The translations under genes and the position numbers were made by a program. Source: Catajapyx aquilonaris (lineage: Eukaryota). Taken from it: DNA of 64,000 bases. Below the pieces are notes generated by a model, which saw only the letters and a list, made by a program, of their open reading frames with translations, was not told where the DNA came from and ran no database searches. Position 1 is the stretch's first letter. Each line of letters begins with the position of its first letter. Location: contig JYFJ02000694.1 of assembly GCA_000934665.2 (NCBI GenBank), positions 1 through 64,000 of the forward strand, written 5' to 3'. Below, piece after piece: positions 49,801 to 63,397 of the stretch.

Positions 49801-52364
49801 CTGAGGGACTGTCTTGCATTCTGTAAATAGTGTGTACTTCCTGGCTTGGAACACGAAGGCTTCCTTTTCCGTGAATATTATCCATGGGTGCTATTTAGCA
49901 TAACATTTCCTGGCATGAGTCATTTTCCTTCGTTTACGTGAGGTTTATTACTAGTGGCAAGAGGTCAATGACAATCTAATTAACCTAGTCCTCGAAAAAT
50001 TATTGGTAATTGCTGTAACATTGATGTATCTTGATATTTTGCCCTGTTTGATGAGCAAAGCAATTTCTTAAATAATTCAATACTAATGAATATAGTTTCA
50101 TAAGAGCACAAACCTGTTTTGATTGGTTTTATGAGCATGTTAAAAAACAGAGCTTGCATGTTGTAGAAATTTTGATTTTTATCACTTTTACATTACATAA
50201 TTATACTGCATGAGGATCTGTGATTACGCTTTATAAATGATTCATTACAAATAAGTACATGAAGAACCCTTACGAAACAACCAGTTATGTTGAAATAATG
50301 CAAATATGCCCTTTCTGCGATTAATTCAATTCCTATTATGTTATTGATCAATATCACTTATGAAAAGTTCTGTGGACAGTACCATTTGACATTTAACATC
50401 ACTGAAAATTAGCTTTGTAATGAGAGCCCATTGTCAATTTTAACAATAGAGTGCCAAGTCGGGATATCAATCAGTTTGATAGAGCAGTGCTAGCTAAAAC
50501 GATGGTAGCTGAGATTCTACAAAAACACTATTGATGAAGTGAAAATGAAATTCCAATCGTCACCTCAATGGGTACGTTGCTAGGGGCTCTTCATATTATT
50601 CGAACAATGAGCGCAAGGATTTCTGCACTAATGAGGTAGGTTGGTTGAAATATCGGCTTTTTATAACCAGTACACCCTAACAACCAGTGGAAAAATAAAA
50701 GGTCATTTGAAAATTACACACAAGGCTATGTATGTTACAGCTCATTTGTCAGTGCCATCTGATTATAAAGGCCTTTATGCCCGAAGCCAGACACCCTGTG
50801 TTTAACAAAATCATGACCAGAAATGATAATTGTGCAATTCTTTATTCAATTACCTTCACAAAGCAATGTGCTTATAAATGGTATGTGCTGCATTTGCATA
50901 GAGCACCGGATGCCCGTAATACATCCAGTGAATAGATTACATCCTATACTTGATTTAATTATGTAAGTCTGGTTCTAATGAATTTTATACGCCAGGTTTA
51001 CTGCTACAGTCGCTTTCAAACTTCTTCCTCGCTTTGATATCATCACCATTCATTGCCCTCGTAATTTAATCAGATGAGCTCTTCCGCAGGGCTTCAAATT
51101 GGCAGAATAATTGGACAATGCCACTGTAATAGGTATTGTAGAAATAACGTGAGTGAAGGTCATTTGAAGGAGTCATTTTTAGTACTTGATGGCGCTTTTT
51201 TGGTATTTTTCACTCCTTCCTATACCGGTTTCTTGCCCTTGGCATGCAAATATCTTGTTTTAGGAACAATACCCTCCGGTTTGTTGTAAAGTTGGCATTC
51301 CAATGCGTTCTTGAAGTCTATTTTGCACCCTGGCATGCAGTTATTTTGGGGAATGGCAGCACAGTTTTACCAATGAGAACTTTTGGTACAAAAGCTCTAT
51401 AAAGCCATTTGAACTCTGAAATTGTGGCAATAAAACAATTCAACTTCATTTTATGATTCTTTATAATAATTTACACTACCAACGATTGTAAAATGAAGAA
51501 TCCAATTTCGTTCGTCTTATTTTGCAAGACCGTGGAGATATACTCCGGCAAAATTGTTAGAAAACAAGTTCACACATCTTGAAAGTAAACTCGAATATTG
51601 CGTGATATAATGAGTCAATGCTAATTACTGTTATTACAAAATTGCTTCGTAATATCCTTCGCATTAAATTACCTCATTATTTAGTCCCACAAGCATATCA
51701 GCTCAGCGTATCTCTTCCTGCATCAAAACTACCTCTTGTTCGTGAATGGCAATGTACGGACTTGCCCAGTGCTTCGGCAGGCAATCAAAGAAGCTTGTTC
51801 ATGGTTCCCAGAAATTGATATCGATGAATTTTACACATGTTAATGATGAGTCCAAGCCAACCATAAAAAGCAAACTTGACGCTTCCTGTCCAAATGTCCT
51901 CTTGAAGAGGTGAGTGTAGGTCACGGCCGGTCATTGGCTTAATCCTACAACTTGCGCCCACGTCTTTTTTTGCACATTTTCTTCTTCGCATCATTGACTT
52001 TTTCTTATGTCGTTTTGCGTCATGGTCGGAAATTTGACTGAACATTTCAACTTTAATTGCGATTTCTAATTTGAAGGATTTGATTACTAACTTATACTTC
52101 ACTCGCGCTTTGCATTATTACGGTACAGTGTATGCGTGGGTGTCAGAGTGGTTAAGCTTTGAAGTTCAGGTTTTATGCTCTCTAATCAATGCGTAAATCA
52201 TCATGCCTGAATATGCAATGTAGGTTTTTTGCAGAATTTGTAAAAATGAAGGTCTTTTAATAATCCGAATTTAATAATCGAGTGCTGATTAAATATTTAT
52301 AAAATGGTGGTGGTAGTGGAGGGGGGTTTGATATTATAATATCGCATGTGTAGCCTACAGGAAG

Positions 52365-52516
52365 AGAGGTGCGTTGTTTACATAATTATGTGAGCTACTT
52401 GACGAGCGCAGTCTTCGCCGAGGCTGAGTAACCCAAGTAACCAATATTGTTTGAGGTGAAAATCAATTGTTAATTTCAGGCTCGGCGAAGATTTCGCTTC
52501 AAATCGCTCAAAACAC
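52365..52516. mobile_element. Second copy of the Harbinger-type MITE
   Basis: The internal gccgaggctgagtaac.caagtaaccaatattgtttgagg.gaaaatc.attgttaatttcag is nearly identical to 9790-9852; the ends are degraded. Confidence 0.75.
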
Positions 52517-53074
52517 TAGGCCTAAGATGCAAAGGAGAATGTTAGAAGGACGGGACACCCACATGCAGTAGGAGTCAATATGATATGGCTTTATGATAAT
52601 AATAAAACAGGTGAAGGCTCCGCTAATATTTGAACAACTAAGAAAATAAGAACAGGAATTGTTGAATATGCTGTACATACAGAAAGTTGAGGTGCACGTA
52701 GCCTACTAGTCTGTTGTGTACTTTGTATGCTATAATATATTCCGAAACAAAAAAATGTAAATTTTTAGGCAAGTACAGACAAAATAATGGAGTCTACATT
52801 GCTGTACAGTACACTGCTATCATACAAGCCAACGGGCGTCACTTTGATCAGTTATTGTGACGTTTATTTACTGCTATGGCATCTTTATAATTATTTTATC
52901 AATACTTCTGCTGCTGCCTTTCGCATTCGACAACTTAATAAAGCAACAAGCATTCTCTTTGTATTCTTTTTTTTTTCTAACATTGTCAAACGTTAAACGT
53001 ATGCAATTATGTATGTGATGGTAACGGTGGTGGTGTCCCTCCAATAACGGCCACAGGCCGGAGAACGGGGTATC

Positions 53075-53119
53075 AAATAAATAAATAAATATATAAATAA
53101 ATAAATAAATAAATAAATC
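53075..53119. repeat. Microsatellite (AAAT)n
   Basis: Imperfect tandem AAAT array. Confidence 0.9.
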
Positions 53120-55099
53120 ATTACTGCTATGGCAATTAGATTTGGTATGCCCATTTTCTCGATAACGAGGCTTAGGAGACCAAGTTGTCCCTTCACATAA
53201 AGTGATTTTCTCGTGAGCCGGAAATCATACTACAAGTTGTCGGAACTGTTGTGAAAAGTTCTGCATAAATCCTATGACTCTCAGTATTTGGATATATCCT
53301 TGGTGTTGTGTCCCAGCCACCGAGATTTTGCCAGAGAGCCACTGCAGCTGAGATCAGATATTTGGCCTATTTCCATTTGCCTGATCGTTATACGGTTTGT
53401 CCCTCGACAATTTTCACTCCTACATGTTTGACTTGTTTTGGGCCAACTGGCAGCGAGATCTGGACTATAGCAATGTGTATCTGTGTGTCTTGGCCAAAAC
53501 TGAAAGATGTGACCGAAATGGTAAATTATGGATAAGGGGGATGCATCTTTCTTTTATAACGTCACTAAATAAGTTGTGGGCAGACCATCGCATCGATGGT
53601 CTCCCACATCGCTCATACCCTGCAAAAAAGCTGCCCAAGCAGAAAAGCTCGCGTCTGAGGCCATCTCGCTGACATGTATCATCGCCATTAACTATAATAA
53701 AGAATGGTAACGGTCTTCAGCCATCCTCCACATAAAGAGCTTTATTCTCACTGTGTGCTCAGAACTATACACAGCGATTATCCATCTTTTTTGTGACTTA
53801 ATTTTACGATTTTCTTTCTGCCACTTAGCCCATTTTCCTCACTTTTCCGAAGCATATTTCAATGTGGGGATGTAGGACGACCAATATAAAATGTTACCAA
53901 TTCCGAAAGAAAAATTGATATCCAACTTAAAAAAGTTGCCTGGAATGATTACAAGAAGCGGTTCCTATATCCTCGCCAAACATCAAGCAATAAGTTCCAA
54001 TCAATAGAAGGATTTCATCCCATCCCGATAGACGCCCCTGGTATAGATGAGAATGCCTGACATGATTGATGAACATAACCCTAACTGATTTATAAAAGGT
54101 ACAATTACGAAAGACAGGAAAGGAAACGCTTGGTACGATCGATAAAATAATCTAACACGCCACCTGTACTTAAATACTACTTGTTATGCGACATTTAGAG
54201 GTATTTCTGGTTTTATTGTAAGCCGACGGTGTTTTTTTATTTACATCACGCTAGAATAGTTGAACTCTTCCCACTCACTGAGCCCAACGCTTTGTTACCT
54301 GTCGTGTGGCGTAGTAATGCTTGTAAATATTTGAATGGCCTGCAAGGAGTTTCCAGAATGCCAGCCTACGTGCAGAACTCTCAGCCTCCCAGGATCTCAT
54401 TCTGCCACACTTGAAATACCAGAAATGGTTATTTTATACCAATTTTGTGTGGAATATTATACTAGTGATTTTTCTCTCTAAAAATCTCGACCTTATAAGT
54501 CAAACCAGGTTTCAATTAAGCACACTACAGTTAGCATTAGATTTACTGTTTATTAATTACTAAATAAAACCATCATTTTCCGCCATATTTTTGGTGTTGC
54601 AGTGTATTTTCGCAAGGCACTTAGGCTACCTAGAGAGTCAGGATGAACGTAGAGTCGTACCGAACATTCTGAATGGTACTGGTACAGGTCAATAGCATAC
54701 CAATATTTTATTGCCGATTTTGTTTTGTGAATTATTCGTCCATTAATAAGAAATAAATTGGTAAACCTTCTTGACAAAATATTATACAGACCGGTACATT
54801 TGCTGAGGGTGATCAATTTTAGCATGTTATGTTATGTTTACGCTTGGTACTCCCGACCTACATGGACGATATAATTATGATGTAAGCCTGATTTAGCCAC
54901 ATCATCCAAGTGACCTACTCCCCTTTATTGCACGATAAAAATTGCGTAAGAATTAGGTAGAGATTATACAGTTCTCCGGAAGAGAAATGTTCACACGCTT
55001 CCTCTTTTGAGGGCATCCTCTTATTATTCCCTGCTGCCTCAAAAAAGACCTGACCTGAATATATTGATATCTATAATATTAAAATGCTTGCGTTGCTTG

Positions 55100-55400
55100 A
55101 CCGAGCCCTCTGATTGGTCCGCCCCCGTATTGTCGCCGCCACCTCTTCCCATTGGCCCCCGTCCATTGTTGCTGCGTCGTATCCATGACGCACTGTTACC
55201 ACGACGCCTCCGATTGGCCCCCGATCCGAGCATGCGCAATGGGCGGGAGAACGCCTCAGTCGCTTGCTGGACGTCAACGAGGACGCATCATTCTCCTCTC
55301 CCGTGAAGACCCCTCTGCCCCTTCCACCTTCCTCCGCCCGCCCGTCTTCACGGTGACCTCACAACAGGGAAGGGGGAGAGGAGGGGGGAATGGAACGTGC
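55100..55400 (+). promoter_or_regulatory. GC-rich promoter with three CCAAT boxes, GC boxes, NRF1-like site and Inr
   Basis: ATTGG at 55113, 55151 and 55213; ccgccccc and gggcggga; gcatgcgca near 55230; TCAGTC Inr at 55256-55261. It lies 2.2 kb upstream of the acceptor of the EB-gene signal-peptide exon. Confidence 0.55.
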
Positions 55401-55929
55401 CGTGAACAAACCGAATCGAATGTTGGCCAAGGTCGGAATCTGTTGTTTATCAATGGTGCCAATATAAACTCCATGGCCGTTTATTAACAAAGTAAAATAA
55501 TTCCGGTTTTTTAAACGAGGTCCTTACTGCTGCCGTCAGATAGGAGAAGACCGTAACTCAATGCTCACTTCCCCTTGCGCCGCTTGCGACGAGAAAAAAA
55601 TGCAGTGGTACCAAAAGCACCCAACAGGTGGAGTTGGGAAGCCGTTCCTTTTTCCCCCTTCCCCCAACGCCACCTCTTGGATGCTGTCGGTAACACTTGC
55701 TTTAACTTTCCTCGGCGCAAGTGGATATTGAGTAATACGGTCCTCTCACATCTGACTGCAGTACTGGCATCCCCCAGTGGGAGGAGTTGCAGGATTAGCC
55801 GCGATATTCAACACTGAACCCGGGGATAGGCCGAGAACGTCAAAATAAAGTGTCGGGAAGAATTAAACCAGTTTTTGATCGTGTAATATTATTTTTTTAA
55901 TTGTAGTTATTTTTTATTTATTAAAATAA

Positions 55930-55989
55930 TCGCGGCCACCCTCGACACCCACGGAGACGGCTTCGCGACCCCCAGGTTGGGAACCACTG
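55930..55989. mobile_element. hAT (Charlie-like) MITE terminus
   Basis: cgcgacccccaggttgggaaccactg, the same terminus as at 22166-22182. Confidence 0.5.
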
Positions 55990-56388
55990 ATCTAACTTTA
56001 ATACAGACACTGCCAAGTTCCATTGGCTGTTTATTAGTAAAGGGACGTTATGAGCAGTTAGAAAAACGTGGTCGGAAAGCTTGCATATGATTTAGATACA
56101 TGTGCGAGTGCATGCAAATAGAGGCGGTAGAGGTTGTGAATTTTTGTTCATACAATAATAAATTGTTGTTTTTTAAAATTGCAAAGGTATGGGTATGTTG
56201 AGGTGGGAAAATGCATATTTCCCAGCCAATGCAAAGGTGGGATTGCAGATTGGTCGCAAGATAGGGAATCACATATATGTGAATGCACGGAGGAAAGGGT
56301 GAGGGTGGGGGGTGTGGATGTGATTGGCATCATCACTGGCAATATAAGTCCGAAGCGATTGAAAATCTGGTGGGCACTGTAGGCCGCA

Positions 56389-56470
56389 GGCCTAGAAAAA
56401 TGCGAGCGAAGCGAGCGGTTTTCTAGGCCAGCGCCCTAGGAAAATACGAGCGGAGCGAGGGTTTTCCTAG
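56389..56470. repeat. Two tandem stem-loops with CGAGCG(A/G)AGCGAG loops
   Basis: ggcctagaaaa...ttttctaggcc (11-bp stem) and ctaggaaaa...ttttcctag (9-bp stem); both loops carry cgagcg(a/g)agcgag. Confidence 0.75.
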
Positions 56471-57507
56471 TCTACGCGGTATGTAAAATTATATGACACT
56501 GTGGCCAGCAGACATCCAGTATGGAATATTGATACAAAGAAACCTTAGTGAAGGATTTGTAACTGAATATACCTGAATGATACCTTTGACAGGTCATATT
56601 TCTACAGGAATCGTTGGCAAAATGGAAGGATAGCACAGCACCGTTAAACCCTTAGAATAAACAATGATGAACATCAATGCATATGCACAATACAGCCTCA
56701 GGCATCCTATTGTTTACTTCACTCTTAATTCACCTATGACCAACATGGGCAATCGGCCACCTGCAGTGCTTTACACCAGACATAAATCGCTATTGTTTTG
56801 GCAACCAATTTGAAACCCAATCAAACTGACCATCACCATACAATTGTATATTCTTTATCCTACGGCGTTTGGTAGAATGATTGGAATTCCTGTTAGAGGG
56901 TGAATTATTTTGCAGAGTATAATTTGGCGCTTTAAAAAGGATGGTAAAGGTCTACAACCACCATATTTTGTGTAATCACTCCCATGCTACTAGACAGCTA
57001 CTACATATAAGTTCCTGATTGACGAACATGAAGTTTATTCACCCATATTTTAATGACAAGCTAGGCGAGCATGACGTGGAAGTTTACCCTACCAATATCA
57101 TTATAAGGATCGTTGGTTGGAAGAAAATACGCCAAACTCCCACGGTCGTGAGCGAAGATAATATTTTGGGAACGCATAGCAAGGGCCATTAGACGTCATC
57201 ACGAACTCTATTATATGTTATTTAATGACCTCTCAGTGCCGGTACCTCATTCAACTCAGAGGGGGGTTTGATGCTGGAGCTCCGATTCGCTCCTTGGGTA
57301 ACTATTATATACTTGAGCGGTCTTATCCAGAGATACTCGGGGATCCCGCTTTATATTACAGCTTATAAAGTGCTTTCTTGTCCTTGGAACAAGCATGGCA
57401 TCCCTGCTCCAATTATTAAAGCTGTTGTCAGTAGCATACATTTTTGGAACATGTTATACTTTATGACCTTGTACATTTTTCAGGCTCGTCCATCAACAAG
57501 TGATAAA

Positions 57508-60500
57508 ATGAGGCGTCAGCAAAGAAGTTATGCAGTGTTTCTTGTGATGTTTCCCCTTCTGGTGAAAAATGTGAGTTGTTTCTTTTCGCGATCTCCACTT
57601 TGGTGATATATTGCCCCTACTCGTTCATTTTCAATGCAGCACTATACCCAACTCCTAAATAGAATATGAGCTGGAAGCTAAAAGTTTTTTTTTCCAGCCC
57701 TCAAAACTTTTTGAAGCTTTTGCACAGTTTTGCTTATATAGTCACCGTCTGCAAAATTACTGCATTTCTTAGCAGTGTGAAGTTTCATAAAGTTGCTCAA
57801 AAAAGAGTTAGGTGACTGTGGTCAGATTTTCTGTTAAGCCAATGAAAAGGTGAATGGAATTTATTTTCTCACCCAAAACTTTCCAGTTATACAGAAAATA
57901 TCAGAATGGTTTAACACTAATTAATAAATATTTTTACAGGTAGTCTCCTTTCGAACGACCAGGCAAACACCGCTTGCATCACCTTGTTCTGAATCATCTG
58001 ATTGTCGAGCTGAGCACAGCATTTGCCAGAGCGGATTTTGCTCCTGCATACCTTACAATGTTCCGTATAATAACACTTTTTGCTTACCTGGTAAGTTATA
58101 CAGTATGATGATATTTTTAGTCACGTATTATTTGACAACCAAGGCAGTTTCCCAAGAAAAATATACAGTAATCGGTTTTGTAACTTCTTCAACGTTTAGT
58201 CCTCGTATAATAACGCGCAGGGTGCCAATTGAGTCGTTTTCAATTTCTATCACCATGCTTACTTTATGTATGAGATGCTAATATTCTAAGGCCACTTAAT
58301 AATCTATCCAAGCAGTGAATTATTGCAATGTACTATTTTAAATTGCCGGAAATTATCTATGCGGTCCTATTGGAACAATATTGTCATCGAAGAATGGAAC
58401 CAATAATTATTCTTGCAGACCAAACAATTTTTTAAACGGCTCATGTGTATTCTTATTAGCAGCAACGTTTCTCTACGCCAGCTTCGCACCAGCTCTACTG
58501 CCTTTGAACTACTTACTGTTAGAGCAGGGGTGGGCAAACGTTTTTCTCCGTGGGCCGCATAGATATTTAAAAAAATTTGAAGGGAAGCATCTAACAAAGA
58601 AAATTTCAACTTATAAAAAAGTTTACAATTATATATCCATCGTTTTAAATGAACTTCCATTAATTGCATAAATTATCATTAAATTCTCTGAAAATCGATG
58701 AAACAGAGAAGCTGTTATAATGCAGGCTTTATTTAATGCTAATAATTACATGGTATCAGTAACCATGCTGTGGAAACTATATGATTTAGAATGATCGCTT
58801 GGAGCTCCTCCACCTCCACCCCGCCACTCCGCAAAATTTCGGTACGTGAAATTTCCCCACAATGAATATGTAAGGAATGTAATTTCCTTCACCTGATTAG
58901 TATGGGCGTACAAAGGGTTGAATCTGACATCGGAAAATGTTGCTGAAAAACTGCTACTATTGCCTAAAGCAGCCTTTAATCCAATATACGGCCATATTGA
59001 CTAAACCACCAAGAGAGTGCTATACTGGCCTGACGTTTCAAAATTAAATTCACGCTCTTCATGGTCTTATTTGCCTCGGTTGCCCCTAGTCAACCAAGCC
59101 AAATATTAATACGTAATAGTCACACTGTATATTGTACTTGTAGCAGAATCTTCCCACAAACGTAAAGATAAATATAGTGTCGCACACAAATTCATTATTT
59201 TTGATTAATAATCGATCATAGTCTGTAAGCAGTAAATGAGTGACTTCACTATTGACAAAATGGTGCTGTACATTACCCATTAAATTTATATAAGGATTAA
59301 ATATAGGTGTATACATTATACCCTATATTCTTTGCCCAAATTTTAAAAATCCTGTTACATATATTCATGCAGGGGAGTGGTTTTAATCTTCCAAGAGAGT
59401 GTGAGTGAGCTCGAGGCAACGCATTACATCATGCTCATGTCTGGAATTAAGCTTCAATATGTCAGGTCGTTTCGATATACCTGCTGCACTTTGCAGAGAT
59501 GGGCAGGGAAAAGGGAACACATAAGAACTGCGAGTCGAGAGACACCTTCCTCCGCAATATTTTTAATGAATACGTAAACGGCATGTACCCTTCGTAGGTA
59601 AATTCATACAAGTACTCTTTATACTGTCGTGTACAGTACCTACACGTATTTCATATTCCAACTGATGAAGGCGAATTTCATTTTACTGCTGCCATCAGTA
59701 GCACATTAGCTTTGCATAGCTGCCGTGCGTGAAATTGGAAATAATCCAAACGAACAATCCCGCTTATCTATCATGGAGCAATATTCGGTTTTGATGACAT
59801 TCAGGTCATGATCGGGAACGTACTGTACGTAGTACATGACCTGACGCTGGCCGATTTCTGTCGACTCTCTCCAGTGCAAGGGGAAAACGTGGGTTTGAAG
59901 CCTTTCATCAATTGTGCTTTGGAAGAAAAAAGGCCAAAACCATTGTAAAATATATTATGAAATGTGTAACGATCAAGAAGACATAGAAGATATTTTGCAT
60001 TCCTTTAGCTACATACAGGAACGACTTGCAACCAAAAGAGTGGAGCAAGACAGTAACAGCGTGATAATAAATTTTGTGTGTGCGGATTTTTGAAGGTCTC
60101 GCAATTATTAGTGTCCCGTTCACATCACGATCCGTAGGCAAACTTACTCGATGTAGAGCATGATGTTCATTGTGATATTTTCCAATATTGCGTGAATACT
60201 TAGCCAATGGGGTATTACTGAAGGTTATTTGATCACTTTAATACCCCGTGATAGAGCCATTGGCTCTCTTAGGGGGGGAGTTCATCCCATTTTTTGTCAG
60301 GAACTCTTTGCTTTTTACTTTTTGCTTTGCTTTTTGGGAAGGGATAGGGATGGAAGGAAGCAGCTGTGGCCTGTTAATTACGGAAACAACCCCGGAATTT
60401 TCCTGGAGGGACCACGGTCAGAGTTTCCGGTCCCGGGATTTGATCCCCGGACCTCCCGATTAGCAGCCGGATACCATATCCCCTCACCTACTGCTACTTC

Positions 60501-63397
60501 GTTATTTGATCACTTATTTGTACAAATGTGTTTAAGATTTGTGTTATTTTAGCTCAGCCAATTGGGAAGGCTGCATAAATTGTGTAAATAAATAAGAAAT
60601 GCAGCTGCTGCTCGCCATCAATATTAATTATGAACATATGGAACAAACAGTAATTTCTTTTCTCTTTCTAAATGAATGTCAAAACCAAATTAACTTACTG
60701 ACAATGATATTCATGATATGTCACATTCATTCAATGGGTATAATCTAACTATAAAACAAAAGCATATCTACATATTGTGGCCATTTCATGATTTGGTAAA
60801 ATAAATGAAATAGTCCAGGAATAAAAATTAATAAGCAGCATTTTTACACTGTGCCATCAGGCTAAATGTCCCCGGAAGACGTATAGCCTACTATACAGTA
60901 TACTGTATCATGTGATCAGTAGAGAGAGTAGACTACCAGTAAAATCAGTTATTACAATTGCCATCCTCAAGTGTTAAACAATTCACACATTATCTTTCAT
61001 ACAGGTCTTCTGAACTGTAGGGCTCTTCAAGTTCTGTCTAGATCGCAAACAGCGTCACAAACAAAGTGCAGACCAAGATAGATTTTTTTTTTCCCCTGAT
61101 GGGGAAAGTTGATCTGATGGCAAGGGCATATCGATTTTGCAGTGCTACTCCGATTTGACAAAGAAAAAATCTATGTGGTGGTTAAAAGTTACTAATGGAA
61201 GAAACTTGTATACGGTACGTCCGATTAAAAATGCAGTCAGTGGAAGAGATTCGACATAGCAAAGAAATATACTGGAGTGATGCTGTCTCTGACACTATAT
61301 AGGTTCCGCACCTTCACTTCTTCACCTTCTTCTTTTACAGCCTCTTTGTTGGGATTTCAATGCATGGTGGACACACAGTGTTCCCTGAAAGTGGAAAACA
61401 GCGGATGTGTCCAAGGCGTTTGTGAATGCAGCTCTGGTTACGCACCGTATCGAAGAAGCAGCTGTCTTGCACGTAAGTTGCATCAACATATTGTTATCTG
61501 CAATAAAGAATGGCTTTCACGTTTGATCTGGTTGCTATAAATTTGGGTATGCTGCAATCTTATTTGCATCAGGGAGCAAAGAGCCAGTCAACTGCATTCA
61601 GACTTCTCAATCCTAGGAAATAGCACACATGGGATCCAAAATAAGCCCCGTTTCATGTCCTCATTTTGGGTTAAAGCAGCTCTTTGTATACTTTAGGAAG
61701 CTCAGGCGGAGAGAAATGCGCTTTGTTGTCTCATGCCATCTCTTGCTATTGCTAGCTTACTCTGCAGGCTTAGCATGTATCAGAATGGCCCCGCCACGGG
61801 TGAATATGAGGGATCTTCTCAGATTAGAAGCAAGATTATGTAGAAGCAGTTCGCAGCCTGAAAACTAGGATAATAGTACATCTTATTCTTGTAGAACACC
61901 AATAAGCATTATAACTATTAGCAACAGCTTTAACTTTTTAGATTTAGCTTTTTTTCATTAATTTAACTTTATTAGCTCATGGTTTTGAACATGTCTGAGT
62001 TTTTCAAAATAATAAACTCGAAGCGTCATAATTTGCCAATCCAATAGGCAGCAGCGTGTTTCATCAATTTGCTCAAATCTGTATTGGTACGCGAACGTTA
62101 ATTTTTAGTCGCCCTTGTTGTGAATACATACAGTTACAAGCTCCCTTAAATGAGATTGAGAGGGAAATGATATTGTTTGGATAAAGATTTGGGCTATAAC
62201 TGCTAACTGATGAAACACTTGATGTGACTAATAATGAAGTGTAATAGTGATAGGGTCCCTGTTAGTACGGTATATACGCAAATTATTGCAAATAATTAAT
62301 TAGGCAAATAAATTATTGGCATCACATACCGGAAATCTGTCATGCTTCATAGACATAATAACAGTACAAATTTGAAAATATTTTTCACCCCTTTCATCTT
62401 TTTTTATTGTTCCAGCTTCAGGAATTGGAGAGGTGTGCTTCACAGATGAGCACTGTCAACTGAAAAACAAGCGAAGTATTTGCAAATACATCATTCCTCG
62501 CGTACTTGGAAAATGCCAATGCAAACCTGGCAGTCGTCAGGTGCGCTCCACTTGCGTGCCTCTGAAAACTCGTAAGTTATTGCCCAATTAAAGTCTCTGC
62601 AACTCACTGGCCTGTATACACCGAGCAGCAACACCTTTTGCGAACTTTTAATATGTATAATATTATTGAGTTTCTAAAGCATCTAGCATTTCCAGCTAAG
62701 AAGAATGTCAAAAACATACGTTACTCATGATGAACTAAAAGCCCCTTTTAAAAGGCTTTTAGGGCTGTAAATGAACTCTCATGATGAAACATGTGTATAT
62801 GCATTAAAGGTTCTGTAAGTTGTCAAGAACCTTTCCGAGAATCGAAGCCTGTCAATCTGGCAAAAATTAATTTTAAAAAGTGTTTATCAAACGAAAGCAC
62901 AAAAAATGTGATTTGCAATTTGAATGATTTTGTTGAACACGGTTCACGAGAGCAATAATCTCGACAATTTCAAGTCAGATTGATGGTGACAATAAATCGT
63001 TCCAGGTCTGGGAAGCGAGTGCATGGACGACAGAGACTGTCACACCATCAAGCACTCGTTCTGTCAAGCCAAACGAGATGGCGTGTCTGTCTGCGCGTGT
63101 TCCGGAGCTTACACTCCGTCGTCCAATCGTGAAAGATGCATGCCTACATTTAAAGGTCCTGAACTCGCTATTTGTTTGTCACATGCTGGCTGCCATTGCT
63201 CTCTCCTTCCATGAAACTGACTTGATTTTGCAGGTGCTGGATTGGCATCAGTGTCACTTGGCCTGCCATGCATCTCACATTCACAGTGTCAGAGCGCCGA
63301 TTCTGGTGCCGCATGCATCAACGGCGTCTGTGATTGTGTTTCCAAGGATTCCACTTGCAATGCAAGAAACAGGGGGTGCTTTGCAGAAACATTTCAG
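57508..63397 (+). CDS. Secreted cysteine-rich EB-module repeat protein, probably followed by an LDL-receptor class A module; 5' part only
   Basis: Exons 57508-57570, 57940-58090, 61341-61472, 62416-62571, 63006-63155, 63234-63397 (816 nt, phases consistent). Signal peptide MRRQQRSYAVFLVMFPLLVKNVVS. Five modules of the form LG..C.....C......S.C....C.C..G........C, e.g. LLGFQCMVDTQCSLKVENSGCVQGVCECSSGYAPYRRSSCL. The last exon ends GCFAETFQ|gt, like the start of an LDLa repeat. No stop in the window. Confidence 0.87.
58525..58562. mobile_element. hAT (Charlie-like) left terminus in EB-gene intron
   Basis: gttagag-caggggtgggcaaacgtttttctccgtgggccgcat; the partner end was not found. Confidence 0.45.
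60341..60501 (-). mobile_element. tRNA-derived SINE-like repeat in EB-gene intron
   Basis: Plus-strand ggaaggaagcagctgtggcc...cccggaattttcctggagggacc...gggatttgatccccggacctcccga is the reverse complement of a box B head plus body, resembling SINEs I recall from hemimetabolous hexapods. Confidence 0.5.
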
